Shown: positions 36,701 through 48,905, counted from the stretch's first letter. The stretch is DNA of 64,000 bases from Felis catus (GCF_018350175.1 NC_058382.1:54810001-54874000); one strand, 5' to 3'. Translations and numbers: made by a program. Notes: a model not told the origin generated them from the letters alone.

Positions 36701-37817
36701 AAACGGGGCTGTAAATCCCACTGGACTCTCCGAGACTCAGGGCTGATGTTCACTGTGGGCCCTGGCCCGGCAGGACGCCCCTTTGGGCTGGTCGCCCTTG
36801 TGGTTCCAGGCGTAACTACGGGACGGTCGCCCTTGTCGAGAAGTGGGTTTTAGCACACTTTCGATTCGCCGTTTTGCCGCTTTTCATACCGTAAGGAGAA
36901 TTTCATAAATAGCCAACTCAAAAAAAAACACCATGTCAGGACTCATCCGGTTAAAACACAAGCATTTGTTGAACGAACACGTTTCTATTTTCTGACACGA
37001 CACAGACAGATCGTTTGAGTGTAGATCCCGCAGGTTTTGCTATCTGGGAAGATTCCAGGTTGAGCAGTCTGCTTAGACGTGTGTTCAGCCGGGGTGGTGT
37101 TGTGTGCAGCCAGGGATCCTGATCTCGAAACAGACACCTGCCGCTAAGAGGCAAGAGATTTGCCGTGAAATACACAGAAGCTACTCGAGGGACCTGGTAC
37201 GGACCGTTGAAAAGATCCGAAGGACGGGGAAGCTGCAGCCGAGAGCGTCGTACCGCTCACACTGTGGGACAGCTCGCGGGAGTGTCACAGTCTCAAACAC
37301 CCTGTGGTCCACGTGCGCTCGTCTGTGCTGTGGGTTTGTTGTGTGGAGTAACTTTCTGTTCTTGTGCTGGCGTGAAATGTAGCGAAGTTGAAGTAGTTTT
37401 GAATCCGTAACTTTTCTCACAGAGTTGCTCTATGGTTTACAAGTAACACTGATGCCAAGGGGGTGTGTCCGCCTTGTCCCATCCGGCAGCATGCACTTTG
37501 TCGGCCCGCTTCCGTGTGTTGCGGGGTAACCGGGGGTCGATCCCCCTCCGCGCGCGCGGGGTCTGTGCTCTGGGAACACGTTGCCGTCGTGCTGTTCTCT
37601 TGTACCGAGGATCACTGAAAGTGTTTTATCTTTTTTATGTAGTTTGTATTGACTGGATTTTATAACTGTAAGAAAACAGAAAACAGAGTGTTGTATTTTG
37701 ATCTGAAATTTGTCTATGGTAAAGTAATTTTGTTTTGTGTATTGGAAGTTCATTTAAAACTTGAAATATTTTCTAGAAGGGTACCGAACAAAATGAGTCG
37801 TTCAAGCTGTTTAGCCT

Positions 37818-37823
37818 AATAAA
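37818..37823 (+). terminator. Candidate distal polyadenylation signal
   Basis: AATAAA at the end of a ~200-nt AU-rich island with several TGTA motifs, embedded in GC-rich DNA, followed by 'ttctgattggctctaattttt'. Confidence 0.6.
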
Positions 37824-38394
37824 CCAATTTGATGGGGAAGGCATTCTGATTGGCTCTAATTTTTACAGCGGCTCCTGCCTCAGTTTGCATTATCGATGTA
37901 GCTCGATTTGATTTCCGAACAGAAGGTTGCCCTTGTGCCACACCTGAAGCGGTTTGGGTCTCAGCTGCCTGGATCCTGGCTCTTGATGTAAGATCGATGT
38001 CTTGGCAGGCACTCTCCACTGGCATTGCCTCGGTGGCTTCCGGCCCTATCACAGGAAGTCGCTACTCTGTCCTGCCCAGAAAACGGTTGCAAATTTCCCT
38101 TCCCTGGAAGACAGAGAGAAATTCGACTGTCAGGTAATAGAGGACCTTGATAGCGAGGGTGCCGTTGTATGTTGGAGAATTCCATCCGTGGCACATGGAA
38201 TCCTCTGTAGTTTCCTCTTGCGGCCGTGCCCAGAGACAGCAAACCCACAAAGACCACTGCTACTGAAAAAACGTCAAAGGCACATCTCCCCAAAGGTCAG
38301 GGGCAAAGAGCTTAGAGAATCTACCACACGCGTCAAAGTCACGTCGAGTCTGCCAGAATCACTCCTGAAGTCACAGGAAGAGAAGAAATGGAAT

Positions 38395-38560
38395 GGATAC
38401 TTATGGATACATATGGGTACATACGTATAATGCGAATATATGATGAATATGTATTATGTATGTGAATGTAATATAAAATGAATATATGAATATATAATGA
38501 ATTTACATACATGATACATATATGTAACATATATAATATACATATATATAATGTATATTA
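38395..38560. repeat. AT-rich degenerate (TA)n low-complexity tract
   Basis: 'atatatataatacatatatataatgtatatt'. Confidence 0.9.
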
Positions 38561-39584
38561 AGGAACCCGGTCCTGGGGGAATATACCCCAGGTTGCCTGT
38601 TATCGGTGAGGGAGGGGTGCTTTGCTGCTGTGATGCAGGTGCTGTGGGGGAGGTGGGGTTGACCCTGTCACCCTCCTAATACCTGTGGCTGCTACAGCAA
38701 AGAATACATACCTTGTTCACCAGCTCTGTGACAGGCGCTGCTGAGTACGTCACGTGTTAACTCACTTCATCCTCCCAACAGCCCATTTTTACAGCAGAAA
38801 AACTCGAGACCCAGAGAAGTTGTCACTTAGCCAAATTCACGGGCCCCAGTGTGGGCGGGGAGGGGGCAGAGCTGGGCTCCAGGGCCAGGCAGTCCAGCAT
38901 CCTGTCTCTCTGGGAAGGGGACAGGCCTTTTTGCAAGCCACTCATTTGCTCCCTTGATGGCCAAGGTGGCAGATCAAACGGTGTTGTGGCCGAAGGGGTT
39001 AGTCCCGGAGACCCCCAGATGGGAGCCGCTTAGGAGGGCCCATGCTGCTGCCGCCGCCACTTTTAGCTGGAACAGAATTCGGCGAGAGCCAAGGTCTTTT
39101 CTTTAAAAAAAAAAAAAAACGACAAGACCAGGTTCGAGTGAATTGGTGTGCGTTTTTTTTTTTTTTAAGAAACCTGTACTGCTTTGTTCCTGTGTTTTCG
39201 TACCAGAAAAAAAGAAACCTGTAGTTTTCTGGAGAACCTGATGGAGGTCGTTGCTGTTAATTGCCTGAGGTTCAGAGCAGCTTCTGAAATTTGGGCGTCC
39301 TCCGGGCCGGCTGCTCCGGATTTTTCCTAAGGGCTGGGTCAGCTGCTTTTCACTGGTCCCAGTGTGTTTGTACCCAAGGATCTTTCTCTGCATGCCATTC
39401 ATTCCCCACTAATAATGTCGCCCCGGGGTGGGGGTGGGGGTGGGGCACTGCAGGGGCCACAGGCCGAGGGTTCGGGTTCTGGGATGACCGTGGGAACCCG
39501 TTTCCTCGGCTGGATCCGTGAGGTGGGGCCAGATGGTGTCCCAGCTCTGCTTTCAAAGAGGAGGAGGAACACTCCACACACACT

Positions 39585-40250
39585 GAGGATAGCTGTCAAA
39601 AAATGAGAGAAAATACCTGTTGCTGAGGGCGTAGAGAGATTGGAGCCCTCCCGTGCTGCTGGTGGGGATGGGAAATGGCGAAGCCTCTGTGGAAAGCCGA
39701 TTGGTGGTTCCTCGACAAGTTAAGCACAGAGTTCGCGAGCCAGTCCTTCCACTCCTCGGTGTGTGTATGTATATGCCCAGGAGAACTGAAAACGGGGACT
39801 GAGACAGCACCTGCATGCCTGTGTTCGCATTAGCCACAAGGTGGAGACAGCAGACGGGTAGATACCCAAGCCGTGGTCTCTCCACACACTGGAATATTAC
39901 CCAGCCGTGAAAAGGAATGGAGCGTTGGTGCACGTTCCAATGTGGATGAACCTTGAGACCGTCATGCTGCGTGAAAGGCCAGACACGAAAGGCCACGTCA
40001 CAATGACATGATTGCATTTACGTGAAATGTCCAGAAAAGGCAAATCCCTAGACACACAAAGTAGACTCGAGGTTGCCAGGGCTCGGGGGCAGGAAGGAGA
40101 GGGGAGCGAGCGCTAACGGGCACGGGGTGACGAGAATGTTCTGGAACTGGGTAGAAATGACGCTTGCACACCATTGTGACTGTACGAGATACCACCGAAT
40201 TGTGCACTTTTCAGTGGTCTGCGTTATGTAAAGTTCACCTCAATAAAAAG
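39585..40250 (+). mobile_element. L1MB-like 3' end
   Basis: 'ctgttgctgagggcgtagagagattggagccctc...gctggtggggatgggaaatgg', 'tggatgaaccttgaga', 'gtccagaaaaggcaaatcc', ending 'ctcaataaaaa'. Confidence 0.82.
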
Positions 40251-40262
40251 TAGTGAGGGATG

Positions 40263-40388
40263 GGGGCGCCTCGGGTGGCCCAGGCAGTTAAGCATCCTAC
40301 TCTTGATTTTGGCTCGGGGCATGATCTCACGGTCACAGGATCGAGTCCTGCATCAGGCTCTGCACTGACGGCATGGAGCCTGCTTGGG

Positions 40389-40478
<90 letters not shown>

Positions 40479-40510
40479 TCAATCAATCAATAAACAAACT
40501 TTAAAAAAAT
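40263..40510 (+). mobile_element. CAN-SINE with compound (TC)n(AC)n microsatellite
   Basis: SINEC head and body, then TC/AC tract at about 40390-40473. Confidence 0.93.
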
Positions 40511-40549
40511 AACAAGGGATGGAATAGAGCAGTTAAGAAAACCGATCAA

Positions 40550-40767
40550 GGGGCGCCTGGGTGGCGCAGTCGGTTAAGCGTCCGACTTCAGCCAGGTCAC
40601 GATCTCGCGGTCCGGGAGTTCGAGCCCCGCGTCGGGCTCTGGGCTGATGGCTCAGAGCCTGGAGCCTGCTTCCGATTCTGTGTCTCCCTCTCTCTCTGCC
40701 CCTCCCCCGTTCATGCTCTGTCTCTCTCTGTCCCAAAAATAAATAAACGTTAAAAAAAAAAAAAAAA
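40550..40767 (+). mobile_element. Very young full-length felid SINE (SINEC_Fc-like)
   Basis: Intact CpGs, pure A16 tail, TSD aaaaccgatcaa / aaaacagatcaa. Confidence 0.95.
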
Positions 40768-42074
40768 CAGATCAATCCCGATACTGCTGGGAAGATTGAG
40801 GAAGTAGGGAGTCGGGTTTCGCATGCACAGTGGTGGGTGTTGCCCAGGGCCCTGACCTAGCCAGACCCCGGATAGAGAGTGCCACCGTGGGGCCCCCGGG
40901 AGGCCACTCGGAGCTGGCACACCCACGGACCTGCAGTGCCTGGGGTGATCCGTGCCGTCAGGAAAGTGAAAGGAGCCTTTTGAACTGCATTTCTGAATTA
41001 GATTGAAGGGGAACCAGCCTACCAGTTAAGCACCGGACTGCCGGGTTCAAATCCAGCCTCTGCCACCAACTCAGGCTTTGGCTAGAGCCTTCCACATACA
41101 CCGCCCCCCACGCTGTGCCTCAGGTCTCCAGGGGACGGTGACAGGACCTGTGGCCACAGGGTCACGGGGAGAACTGAGCTAGTCTGCGGCTGTGGCCGAG
41201 AGCACTCGGTAAGACCCCGTGCTGGCTGCTGGGCTTCTGTCTCTTAGCTCAGTGGGCGCGACCACTTACAGACAGGCTTGAAAAGAAGCCATGGTCTGTA
41301 CCTTGTCGCACTGCCCAGCCCGGCCCGCCTCTTCCCCAGAGGCAGCAACAGCCCCCGCTCGGTCCCAGAACATGGCAGGGTGGCGGCAAGACCTCGCACC
41401 CATTCGCCACTGCCCGGGAACCTCAGCGGGATCGAACCACAGCTAGCCTGTAACGCGATGCCCGCTCCCTGAGGCTGGAGAACCCCCGGCCCGGGAGTCC
41501 TACCAGCAGGATGTACTTGTCAGCTAGGGCCAGGAGAGGGGAAACCCACTGACAATTCCAGCCTGGCCAGATTCTCCAGATTCTCAAGAGCCGTGAACCC
41601 GGCGCAGCCCTGAGGCAGGGAGGGAGGACGAAGAAGAGACATCACCTGCCTGGGGAGTCGGCTCCCCTTGCGAAACTGCCCAGAGACTTGGTGGCCAACG
41701 GCCACCTAACACCTACCATCCCAGTGCCGGGTCCTGTGCGGCTGGTTCCCCTCACAACATTCTCTCTTAGCCGATGGGAAGGTCACAAGCCGTTTGAGTC
41801 CCTTGGTCCGAGGCAGAGCTGGGGTTTGGACCCAGGTCTGTCTGCTACCGCGGCCTGTGTTTTTTCGACAACTGTCCTTTTGCTCTGATCCCATCTCTTT
41901 TTGTCGTCAGACACAATACCGTGGGACTGGCACTCACGAAGTGTCCCCTCCAGTGCCCCCCCCCAGCACCTGGCCCCAAGACGTGGCCAGAAGAGGCAAC
42001 TGTGCTCAGGGCACCCCCCCCCAACTTCAGCAGGCTCGCTCTGCACAAAAGCCTTGGGGTACCTTAACCCCCAT

Positions 42075-42555
42075 GGCAGATGGGAAGATGCCGGCCGTAC
42101 CCCAAGTACGTTCACGTCCGGATCCCCAGACCAGTGAGCTAACGTGGCCAAGAGAGACTCCGCAGATGTGATAGATGAGTTAAACGTTCTGAGATGGGGA
42201 GATTATTCTGGATTATCCAGGCGGGCCTCATGCCATCACAAGGGCCCTTGTAACAGGGAGGCCAGAGGGGCAGACAGAAGACGGTGCAAGCGAAGCAGCA
42301 GAGGTTGGAGTGACCCTGGGCTCCAGGCCAAGGAGTACGAGCAGCCTCCCCGAAGCTGGAAAAGGCCAGGAGGCGGATTCTCCCCCATCCCCCACCCCCC
42401 AGCAGCCTGCCACAGACAGACAGCCGTGCGACCCCTTGGTTTCAGCCCAGTGAGCTCCTTGTTGGACTTTCCACCTCCAGAACTGCAAGATAATAAATGT
42501 GTCTTGTTTCAAACCGCTTGGCTTGTGTCCTTTGTTACGGCAGCCATGGGAACTC
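42075..42555 (+). mobile_element. MLT1 (MaLR) solo LTR
   Basis: 'gcagatgtgat...gagatggggagattattctggattatccaggcgggcc', 'cctccagaactgcaagataataaatgtgtcttgtttcaaacc...tttgttacggcagc'. Confidence 0.85.
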
Positions 42556-43692
42556 CCGTTACCCCAACTTCTAGAAGTTCAGATTTGATTAGTCCGGAGC
42601 GGCCCAGGAATGGGCCCCGGGGGACCCTAACGTGCAGCCAGAGCCGCGAACCATCCATCTTTAGACATCTTGGAGATGATGCACCTGCTTCCACTGCTGG
42701 CCAGATGCGGCCGAGACTTTCACTGGCCAGAGCTCGCTGGTCCTGCTCCCTACACCTGAGCCACTCCCACTTTCTACTCTACCGAGGCTCTACTACAAGT
42801 CCCTGGGCCCACCTGAGTTCCCGGAGGCCTCTCCTTACCCAGGCTTCCTTCAGACAGCATCGAGGACCAGGAATCTCCACAGGCAGCCCCTCCTGTCTTC
42901 ATCGTTGATCTCTGCCCATGCCGCTCAACTTCTGTAAAAAACCCATCCCCCCCAAATCCTAGCTCCCCCCCTTTGCAGTCTGCTTTCTCAGTCTTTGGAA
43001 ATCCCACCATGTTCCCCCCGCCCCTCAGCTTAAAAACCCTTTGCTGTTGTCCCCCACCTTGAGAAGGAAACCTGACCTTCATGCTCTAGGCTCTGAAGCA
43101 CCGCAAGGTGTCCCTTACCCACTGCTCCAGCCTCATTTTATGCCACTTGACACGCCCTCCGTCCGGCCACGGGAGCCCTCTGTGACCACAGGGCATTGGC
43201 ACGTGCTGTGCACCTTCACCTACCAGTCTTGCTGGCCCCTCATCCTTCAGGGTGTGGCATCAATGGCACCGCTTTATGGAGAGCTTCTCTGTTCCTCTCC
43301 CCCCGCTCTGTATCAGGAGGACCCAAGATGCCGAAAAGGCCTAAGGGATTCCAAAGCGAAGCAAGAGGTATAGAGAGTCAACTGCTGACTCTTTACAAAT
43401 ACAAATAACACACAAACAGCCAAAAGCGGGCTCTTCTCGGTTCGCCTTTCAGGTAGGGGCGATGTTGCGCTGTCCTCTTCAGCTCTCCTGTCAAGGCAAC
43501 AATAGCTGACGAGTCCCGAGTGGGAACAGACGCCCAGCCCCAGGGTGAGCAATCAGTAGGGAGAGCCAGCTAGTGGAGGCGGCCACCGGTCACTGTGCTG
43601 CCTTGTGGAAATGGGGTCCAGTGTTGCCATGCATTCTCACTTTTCCAAAGAAGCTGGGAAACCTGGAGGAAAGGCTCTGGTTTCTGCATTTA

Positions 43693-43897
43693 TTATTTTT
43701 TTTAATGTTTATTTTATCTTTGAGAGAGACAGAATGCGAGCAGGGGAGGGGCAGAGAGAGAGAGAGAGAGAGAGTGACAGAATCCAAAGCAGGCTCCAGG
43801 CTCCGAGCTGTCAGCACAGAGCCCAACGTGAGGCTCGAACCCCGCGAGATTATGACCTGAGCCCAAGTCAGACGCTGACTGAGCCACCCAGGCACCC
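43693..43897 (-). mobile_element. CAN-SINE
   Basis: TSD ttctgcattta at 43682 and 43903. Confidence 0.93.
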
Positions 43898-44039
43898 GAA
43901 GCTTCTGCATTTAAAGTTAATTCCATTTTTCAAAGTATAGCACCGTTCCGACCAAGCAGATATGTCTGTTTTGGCTTCTTCCCGATTTCATCCCCGGTTT
44001 ATGTTTTTCCTAGCCTGGGATAAATTAAAAAACATGGCC

Positions 44040-44446
44040 ATGTGATTTTGCGGCTGCTGCCACCAAAAAACGGGAGTTCATTTTGCTGCGTCCTGAATCT
44101 GGGCTGGTCAGTGACTCACTCAGCAGAGCCTGGCAGAAGTGACCATGAGCTAGTTCCAGAGCCGGGCCCAGAAACGTTCCAACCATCATGTGGGGAAGCC
44201 CTCAGGCTAGACTGCCAGATAACGGGGGGGCAGGAGGAGATGCCGTGAGCCCCTCTGAAGCCCTCCAGCCCCCGGTCAAGCCGCCCGATGCCTGCTGAGG
44301 CTACAGGTGACCTCCGACAAGATCTGCAAAAGGAACCTCCCCGATGAGCCCAGCCCAAGTTGCAGAACTGTGAGGAAATGAATGGTGGTTCTTTGGGGCC
44401 GTGTGTTTTGGGAATGCTTGTTATGCAGCAGCAGATAACTGACACA
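44040..44446 (+). mobile_element. MLT1 (MaLR) LTR
   Basis: 'gagcccagcccaagttgcagaactgtgaggaaatgaatggtggtt...ttgttatgcagcagcagataactgacaca', a typical MLT1 3' end. Confidence 0.78.
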
Positions 44447-44825
44447 TAGCCCTTATCACAGCCTTTGGCCACCTTTGCTTCTGTTTTGTCTCTCTGCCCT
44501 GTGCATCCCACTCCCCACACACTCCCTGGATGTGGGCTCCATTAACCCCCAGACCTTGTCTTTCTTGTTCCCAGTTGGGTTCCCAGTGCCTCCTATAACA
44601 CCCAGTGGGTGCTTAATAAATACTCACTGGAAAAATGAATAAGTAAATGTTTAGGTCAGCAAACATTTGTAATGCCCGCCCTGCGTCACAAGACACCAAG
44701 CTGGAGATGAGAGGTGACCCGGTAGCTGCAGAGGGACCTCGTAGCTTCCTAGACTCGTGGCTCATTTTCCGTTATACCCTCTTCTTTTAGTTTATATTCA
44801 TTTTTTTTTTAAGTTTTATGTATTT

Positions 44826-45052
44826 GGGGTGCTGGGAGTTTCAGTCGGTTGAGTGTCTGACTCTTGATTTCAGCTCAGGTCATGATCTCGGCTCAGGTCA
44901 TGATCTCAGGTTTGTGGGTTCGAGCCCCACATCGGGCTTACTGCTGTCAGTGCAGAGCCTGCTTCACAGTCTCTGTCCCCTTCTCTTTCTGTGCCATTCC
45001 CGCTCACGTGCTCTCTCTCACTCTCAAAAATGAATAAACGTTTATAAAAATA
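44826..45052 (+). mobile_element. CAN-SINE nested in the tail of an antisense SINE
   Basis: SINEC body with an 18-bp-period internal duplication (gctcaggtcatgatctc x2). TSD aagttttat(g/t)tattt. Confidence 0.9.
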
Positions 45053-45335
45053 AAGTTTTATTTATTTATTTTGAGAGAGGAAGAGAGACAGAGCACAAAC
45101 TAGGGGGAGGGGCAGAGAGAGAGAGGAAGAGAGTCTCATGCGGGCTCTGTGCTGTCCCTATGTGGGACTGAGACCCACGAACCATGAGATCCCGACCTGT
45201 GCCCCAGTCAGAAGTCGGACACTCAACCCAATGGAGCCACCCAGGTGCCCATCTATTAATTTAAGTAGGGCTTGCATTCAAGACACCGAGATCAAGAGTC
45301 GCGTGGTCTACTGAATGAACCTGCGGGGCAGCCCT
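45053..45335 (-). mobile_element. Antisense CAN-SINE (to 45250) plus short tRNA-like SINE remnant
   Basis: 'ttttgagagagg...gagccacccaggtgcccc', then 'ccgagatcaagagtcgcg...ggggcagccc'. Confidence 0.85.
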
Positions 45336-46519
45336 GATTTTCTTATGTTAAACAGATAATTTAGGGAGGTCCCTTAGACCCCTGGCTGCCGTTTCAGCCG
45401 CATCCCATCGGGCGAGCAAACCAAGTACAGGAGGTAAGGCTGCATGCCTGGGCGGTTGGACACGCATCCTGCAGGGCTCGGCCCTCCGTCGCGCTGTCTT
45501 TAAATGGGGACAGAGGCTAACATCCACCTGAAAGGCTGCCAGGAGGCTCACGCGAGACGCCTGTGGTGCCCGCATACCCTGTCCCCCGCCTGGCCCGCGC
45601 AGGGACGTGGGAAATCCAGGTCCCTTCGTGTCTTTGGAGGAGATGCTCGCATCCTAGCCAGGGACGGGTCTGGTTGTGGTGCCGGCTACGTTTCCTCTCT
45701 GTCAGCCCCCAGCCCCTCCCCTCAGGGGCCGCAGGCCTTGAGCCTTGCCAGCTACACCCCCCCTCCTCGGTGGCTCGGCCACAGGCCACCTCCAGAAGGA
45801 CGCTTCCGGTCACCTCCTGGACCACCCCCGTCACAGCCGCCAGCCTGACTACTGAGTTGCGGCCACCCCTTAACGCGTCCTCTCTTCCGCCGCTGATCCC
45901 CACAAAAACCTGAGGGGTATTTTCAGACGAGAAAACTAAGACCTAGAGAGTTGAAGTCATGTGTGAAATGGAAGGAGCCAGCGTGTGTCACGGGACAGGG
46001 ATTTGAGTGACTTGGAAGGGGTGGACCCAGACCAGAGCCACAGGCCGGAGCTCAGAGGCGTCTGCCCACCCCCACCTCCTCGCTGAGCCTGAATTTCTCC
46101 CCTCCTGGCACATCCCAGGGAAACCGGGGGCCAGCAGCATGTGACTTAGGAGGAAACAGGGTGGGTCCCTTCTCGGGGATTCTCAGGAACTTGGCTCAGC
46201 CCCGGGCGGATCTCCCGCAGCCCCCGGCGGAGGCAGGCCTGGGATGACTTCATGTTTGCATTAGACGCTTTCAGGATGGGACAAAGCTCGTCTTTATTTC
46301 AGACCGATGACCTCGGTCTGAGTGGGTGACCTCCCTCCTACCTGATGGGAGGTGAGATCCAAACTCACCGGGATCCTGATGCCGGATGAAGAGTGACATA
46401 GACCCAAAGGGCATCCGAGCAGCCCTCCAGCGTTTCCTGACACCTGCTGGGTGCCACCCACTGTCCCTGGTGCCCCGGACGCCACCCCTGCCGTGGAAAC
46501 TCTGGCCCGGTGCATCTCG

Positions 46520-46678
46520 CTTCTGCTTAAGCATTGGCATCACCTGGGGAGCTGTGACACCCACACTTGGGCTCCACCCGAGACCAATTACGTCAGAACC
46601 TCTGGCGTGGGACCCACACGTTGGCATTTTTCTAAAGCTCCCGGGTTGATTTGCAACCAGGGCCGAGAGCTACCACCC
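46520..46678. mobile_element. MER5A-like hAT-Charlie DNA transposon relic
   Basis: 'gcattggcatcacctggggagct...gggctccacccgagacc...tcagaacctctgg...ggcatttttctaaagctccc'. Confidence 0.7.
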
Positions 46679-46689
46679 GGATGAATAAA

Positions 46690-46925
46690 AACCCACATTT
46701 GTTGAGCATTTATCTTGTGCCTTGCTCTCAGAATTTCATATTTGTAAATATTATTTCATTTACTCTTCGCATGACCCCTCGGAGGTAAGTACTGTTACCC
46801 TTATCCCTATTTTACAGATGAGGAAACTGAGGCACAGAGTGGTGAAGTCATTTATCCAGCGCCAGCGAGTGGCAGGCCCAGGATTAAGTCCCAGAGAAGC
46901 TGATCACTGAGCCTGCACACTTAAA
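46690..46925. mobile_element. MIR SINE (other MIR remnants near 17400, 20750, 38750, 41030, 41760, 47100, 47830, 51900 and 60340)
   Basis: MIR core 'cctattttacagatgaggaaactgaggcacagagtggtgaagtcattt'. Confidence 0.88.
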
Positions 46926-48015
46926 CATCACACACTTATGCCAGATGGGAAAGGACAGGCCTCTGTAAACCCAGACAAGAGAAAGATCTAGAAGTCAAAG
47001 TGGGCCACAGGCCAAATACGAATGTCCCTTTAATGGGAAAAAAAAGCAAGGGTGTTTTGGAGCGTGGAAATCCTTCACCTGTCACTCCCCAGCTGCTCGA
47101 CCCCTGAGCAAGGAAATTAGCCTTTGCATGCCTCAGTCTCCCCGTGGGAGAATGAGTGCTTATTGCCCCATACAGAGCTGGTGAGATAGCAAACGGAAAA
47201 CACCTGACACCGAGCCTGGCCAGTAACATGGAGGCCGCTCAGTAAGGAGTAATTCTGCCTCTGCCTTTCTCCCCCCACCTCCACATGTCTCTCCTGCCGT
47301 TCCCCAGAGAGAAAACCCGAAGGGGGTCTTTTTGACCTACTGGATCTCCATAAAGTGCTGCCAGCCTGGGGCTCACCCCACGGAGCTGACGTGGGTCGGC
47401 TTTGAAAAGATGCTGTGAGAAGAAGCTCTTCATCCCCACCCAGGAAATGATCTTGCCGATCACAGAGACAGATTCGCCCAAAGCCCTCCTCACTTCCAGG
47501 CAGTCCTGTCACCCTCGGGAGTGATGGGTTCCAGGATGCCTGGGGATCAGTAGTGCTAAGGGCCCTGCAGGAACTCGGGGTACACACGTACCAGGCCCGA
47601 CGTCATTTGCACTGAGCCCTCCTCAGCCGCCTCTCAAACAAGGAGCTACCAGACAGAGCCGCGCCGGGGGAGAGCAGAAGGTAAGCAGCTTTGGAAAGCA
47701 CGCGAGCCCACTGCCTCCGGGATGAATGAGGGGTCCTCAACGTAACAGGCAGGGCCCGTGTTCTGGCTCAGCTCAGGGGGCCAGCACGGGAAAGGAGAGT
47801 GCGTTGACCTCGGGGTCCAGCCCAGGGTTTGACCAGAGTCTGCACCTGCCGAGCTGTGTGGCTTTGGGCATGGCGCTTAGACTGTGGGAACCTCAGGTTT
47901 CTCATCTGAAAAATGGGCTGGATAATAGAAATGAGGATTAAGCTAAGTCATGAACGTGGGGCACATCATGGCTGGTCCATCAGTGATAGCTATAGCCCTA
48001 TTTATCACTCAAATA

Positions 48016-48625
48016 CATATCCAAAAATAGAAGGAGTAATTCTAGTCATTAAAATAACTTTTAGGGGCACCTGGGTGGCTCAGCCAGTTAAGCATCCGAC
48101 TTGAGCTCAGATCATGATCTTAGGATTTGTGAGTTTGAGCCCCGAGTCAGGCTCTGTGCTGACAGGGCAGGGCCTGCCCGGGATTCTCTCTCTCTCTGTT
48201 TTCCCCTGCTTGCGATTTCTCTCTCTCTCTCAAAATAAATAAATAAAAACTTAATAAATATAAAATAAAATAACTTTTATACAATGATTATCATGGGCTT
48301 CTGTGAATCCAGTAGCCAGTAAATAATATGCTATCTGATAATAGCCAATAGCCAATAGATAACATCCAATGTCTAACAAATAATACTGAATAAAATATCC
48401 ATAATAAGTAGGAGGAGTGGTTGTATCCCTTCAAAGAATATCCAATAAGTATGTTGGAGTAATAGTTATACCCATTAAAATAATTTTAATACCATTATTA
48501 CCGTGGGCTACTATGAATCCGATATCCAGTAGACAATACCCAACATCCAATAAATAGGTAGTGGCAGCAGTCATATCCATTGAAATAATTGTAATCCTGT
48601 AATCACTGCGGGCTATTGTGAATCC
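48016..48625. repeat. Degenerate AT-rich tandem repeat, unit about 105 bp, 3 copies plus a partial one
   Basis: Motifs atccaa(t)aa...catt(a/g)aaataa...gggct(a/t)(c/t)t(g/a)tgaatcc recur in order. Confidence 0.7.
48064..48265 (+). mobile_element. CAN-SINE with perfect 14-bp TSD
   Basis: TSD taaaataactttta at 48050-48063 and 48266-48279. Confidence 0.94.
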
Positions 48626-48905
48626 TAAGAGATGCCATAAAAGATGGCGTGTGGGAGGGACAGAGTCGGGGGGTGCCCACAGGGCAGACACAGGGGGACA
48701 CAGGATCTGAACTGGAAACCATAGGCTTATCTGCCGCATCCTTTCTCATCGCTGGGGGACCGGCCACCTTCTCCCTGTGACTGTCTGCCCCTCCCCACCT
48801 GCGGAGAAAGGAGACCCTCTTCCCAGCCTGCCCCCTCCCTGCCATAGACCCTAAAAATCAATTCCCGAGGCGTGTCCAGTCTCAGCCCGTTAACGGTGGA
48901 AGCGG

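Larger units (their letters stand above)
24629..37845 (+). other. GAN: GAN 3'UTR (short form to about 27.2 kb, probable extended form to about 37.8 kb)
   Basis: Follows the stop codon. AU-rich proximal part with several AATAAA, low density of recognisable old repeats up to 37.8 kb, then a distal AATAAA preceded by a U/UGUA-rich block. The distal end is inferred. Confidence 0.6.

Noticed and set aside
42144..42908. 254-aa ORF, the longest in the track
   Set aside because: It starts at a non-ATG codon inside an MLT1 LTR, has no recognisable domain, and is a chance ORF in GC-rich DNA.
48016..48625. Possible CRISPR-like repeat-spacer array
   Set aside because: Eukaryotic DNA, units are degenerate along their whole length, no unique spacers and no cas genes.
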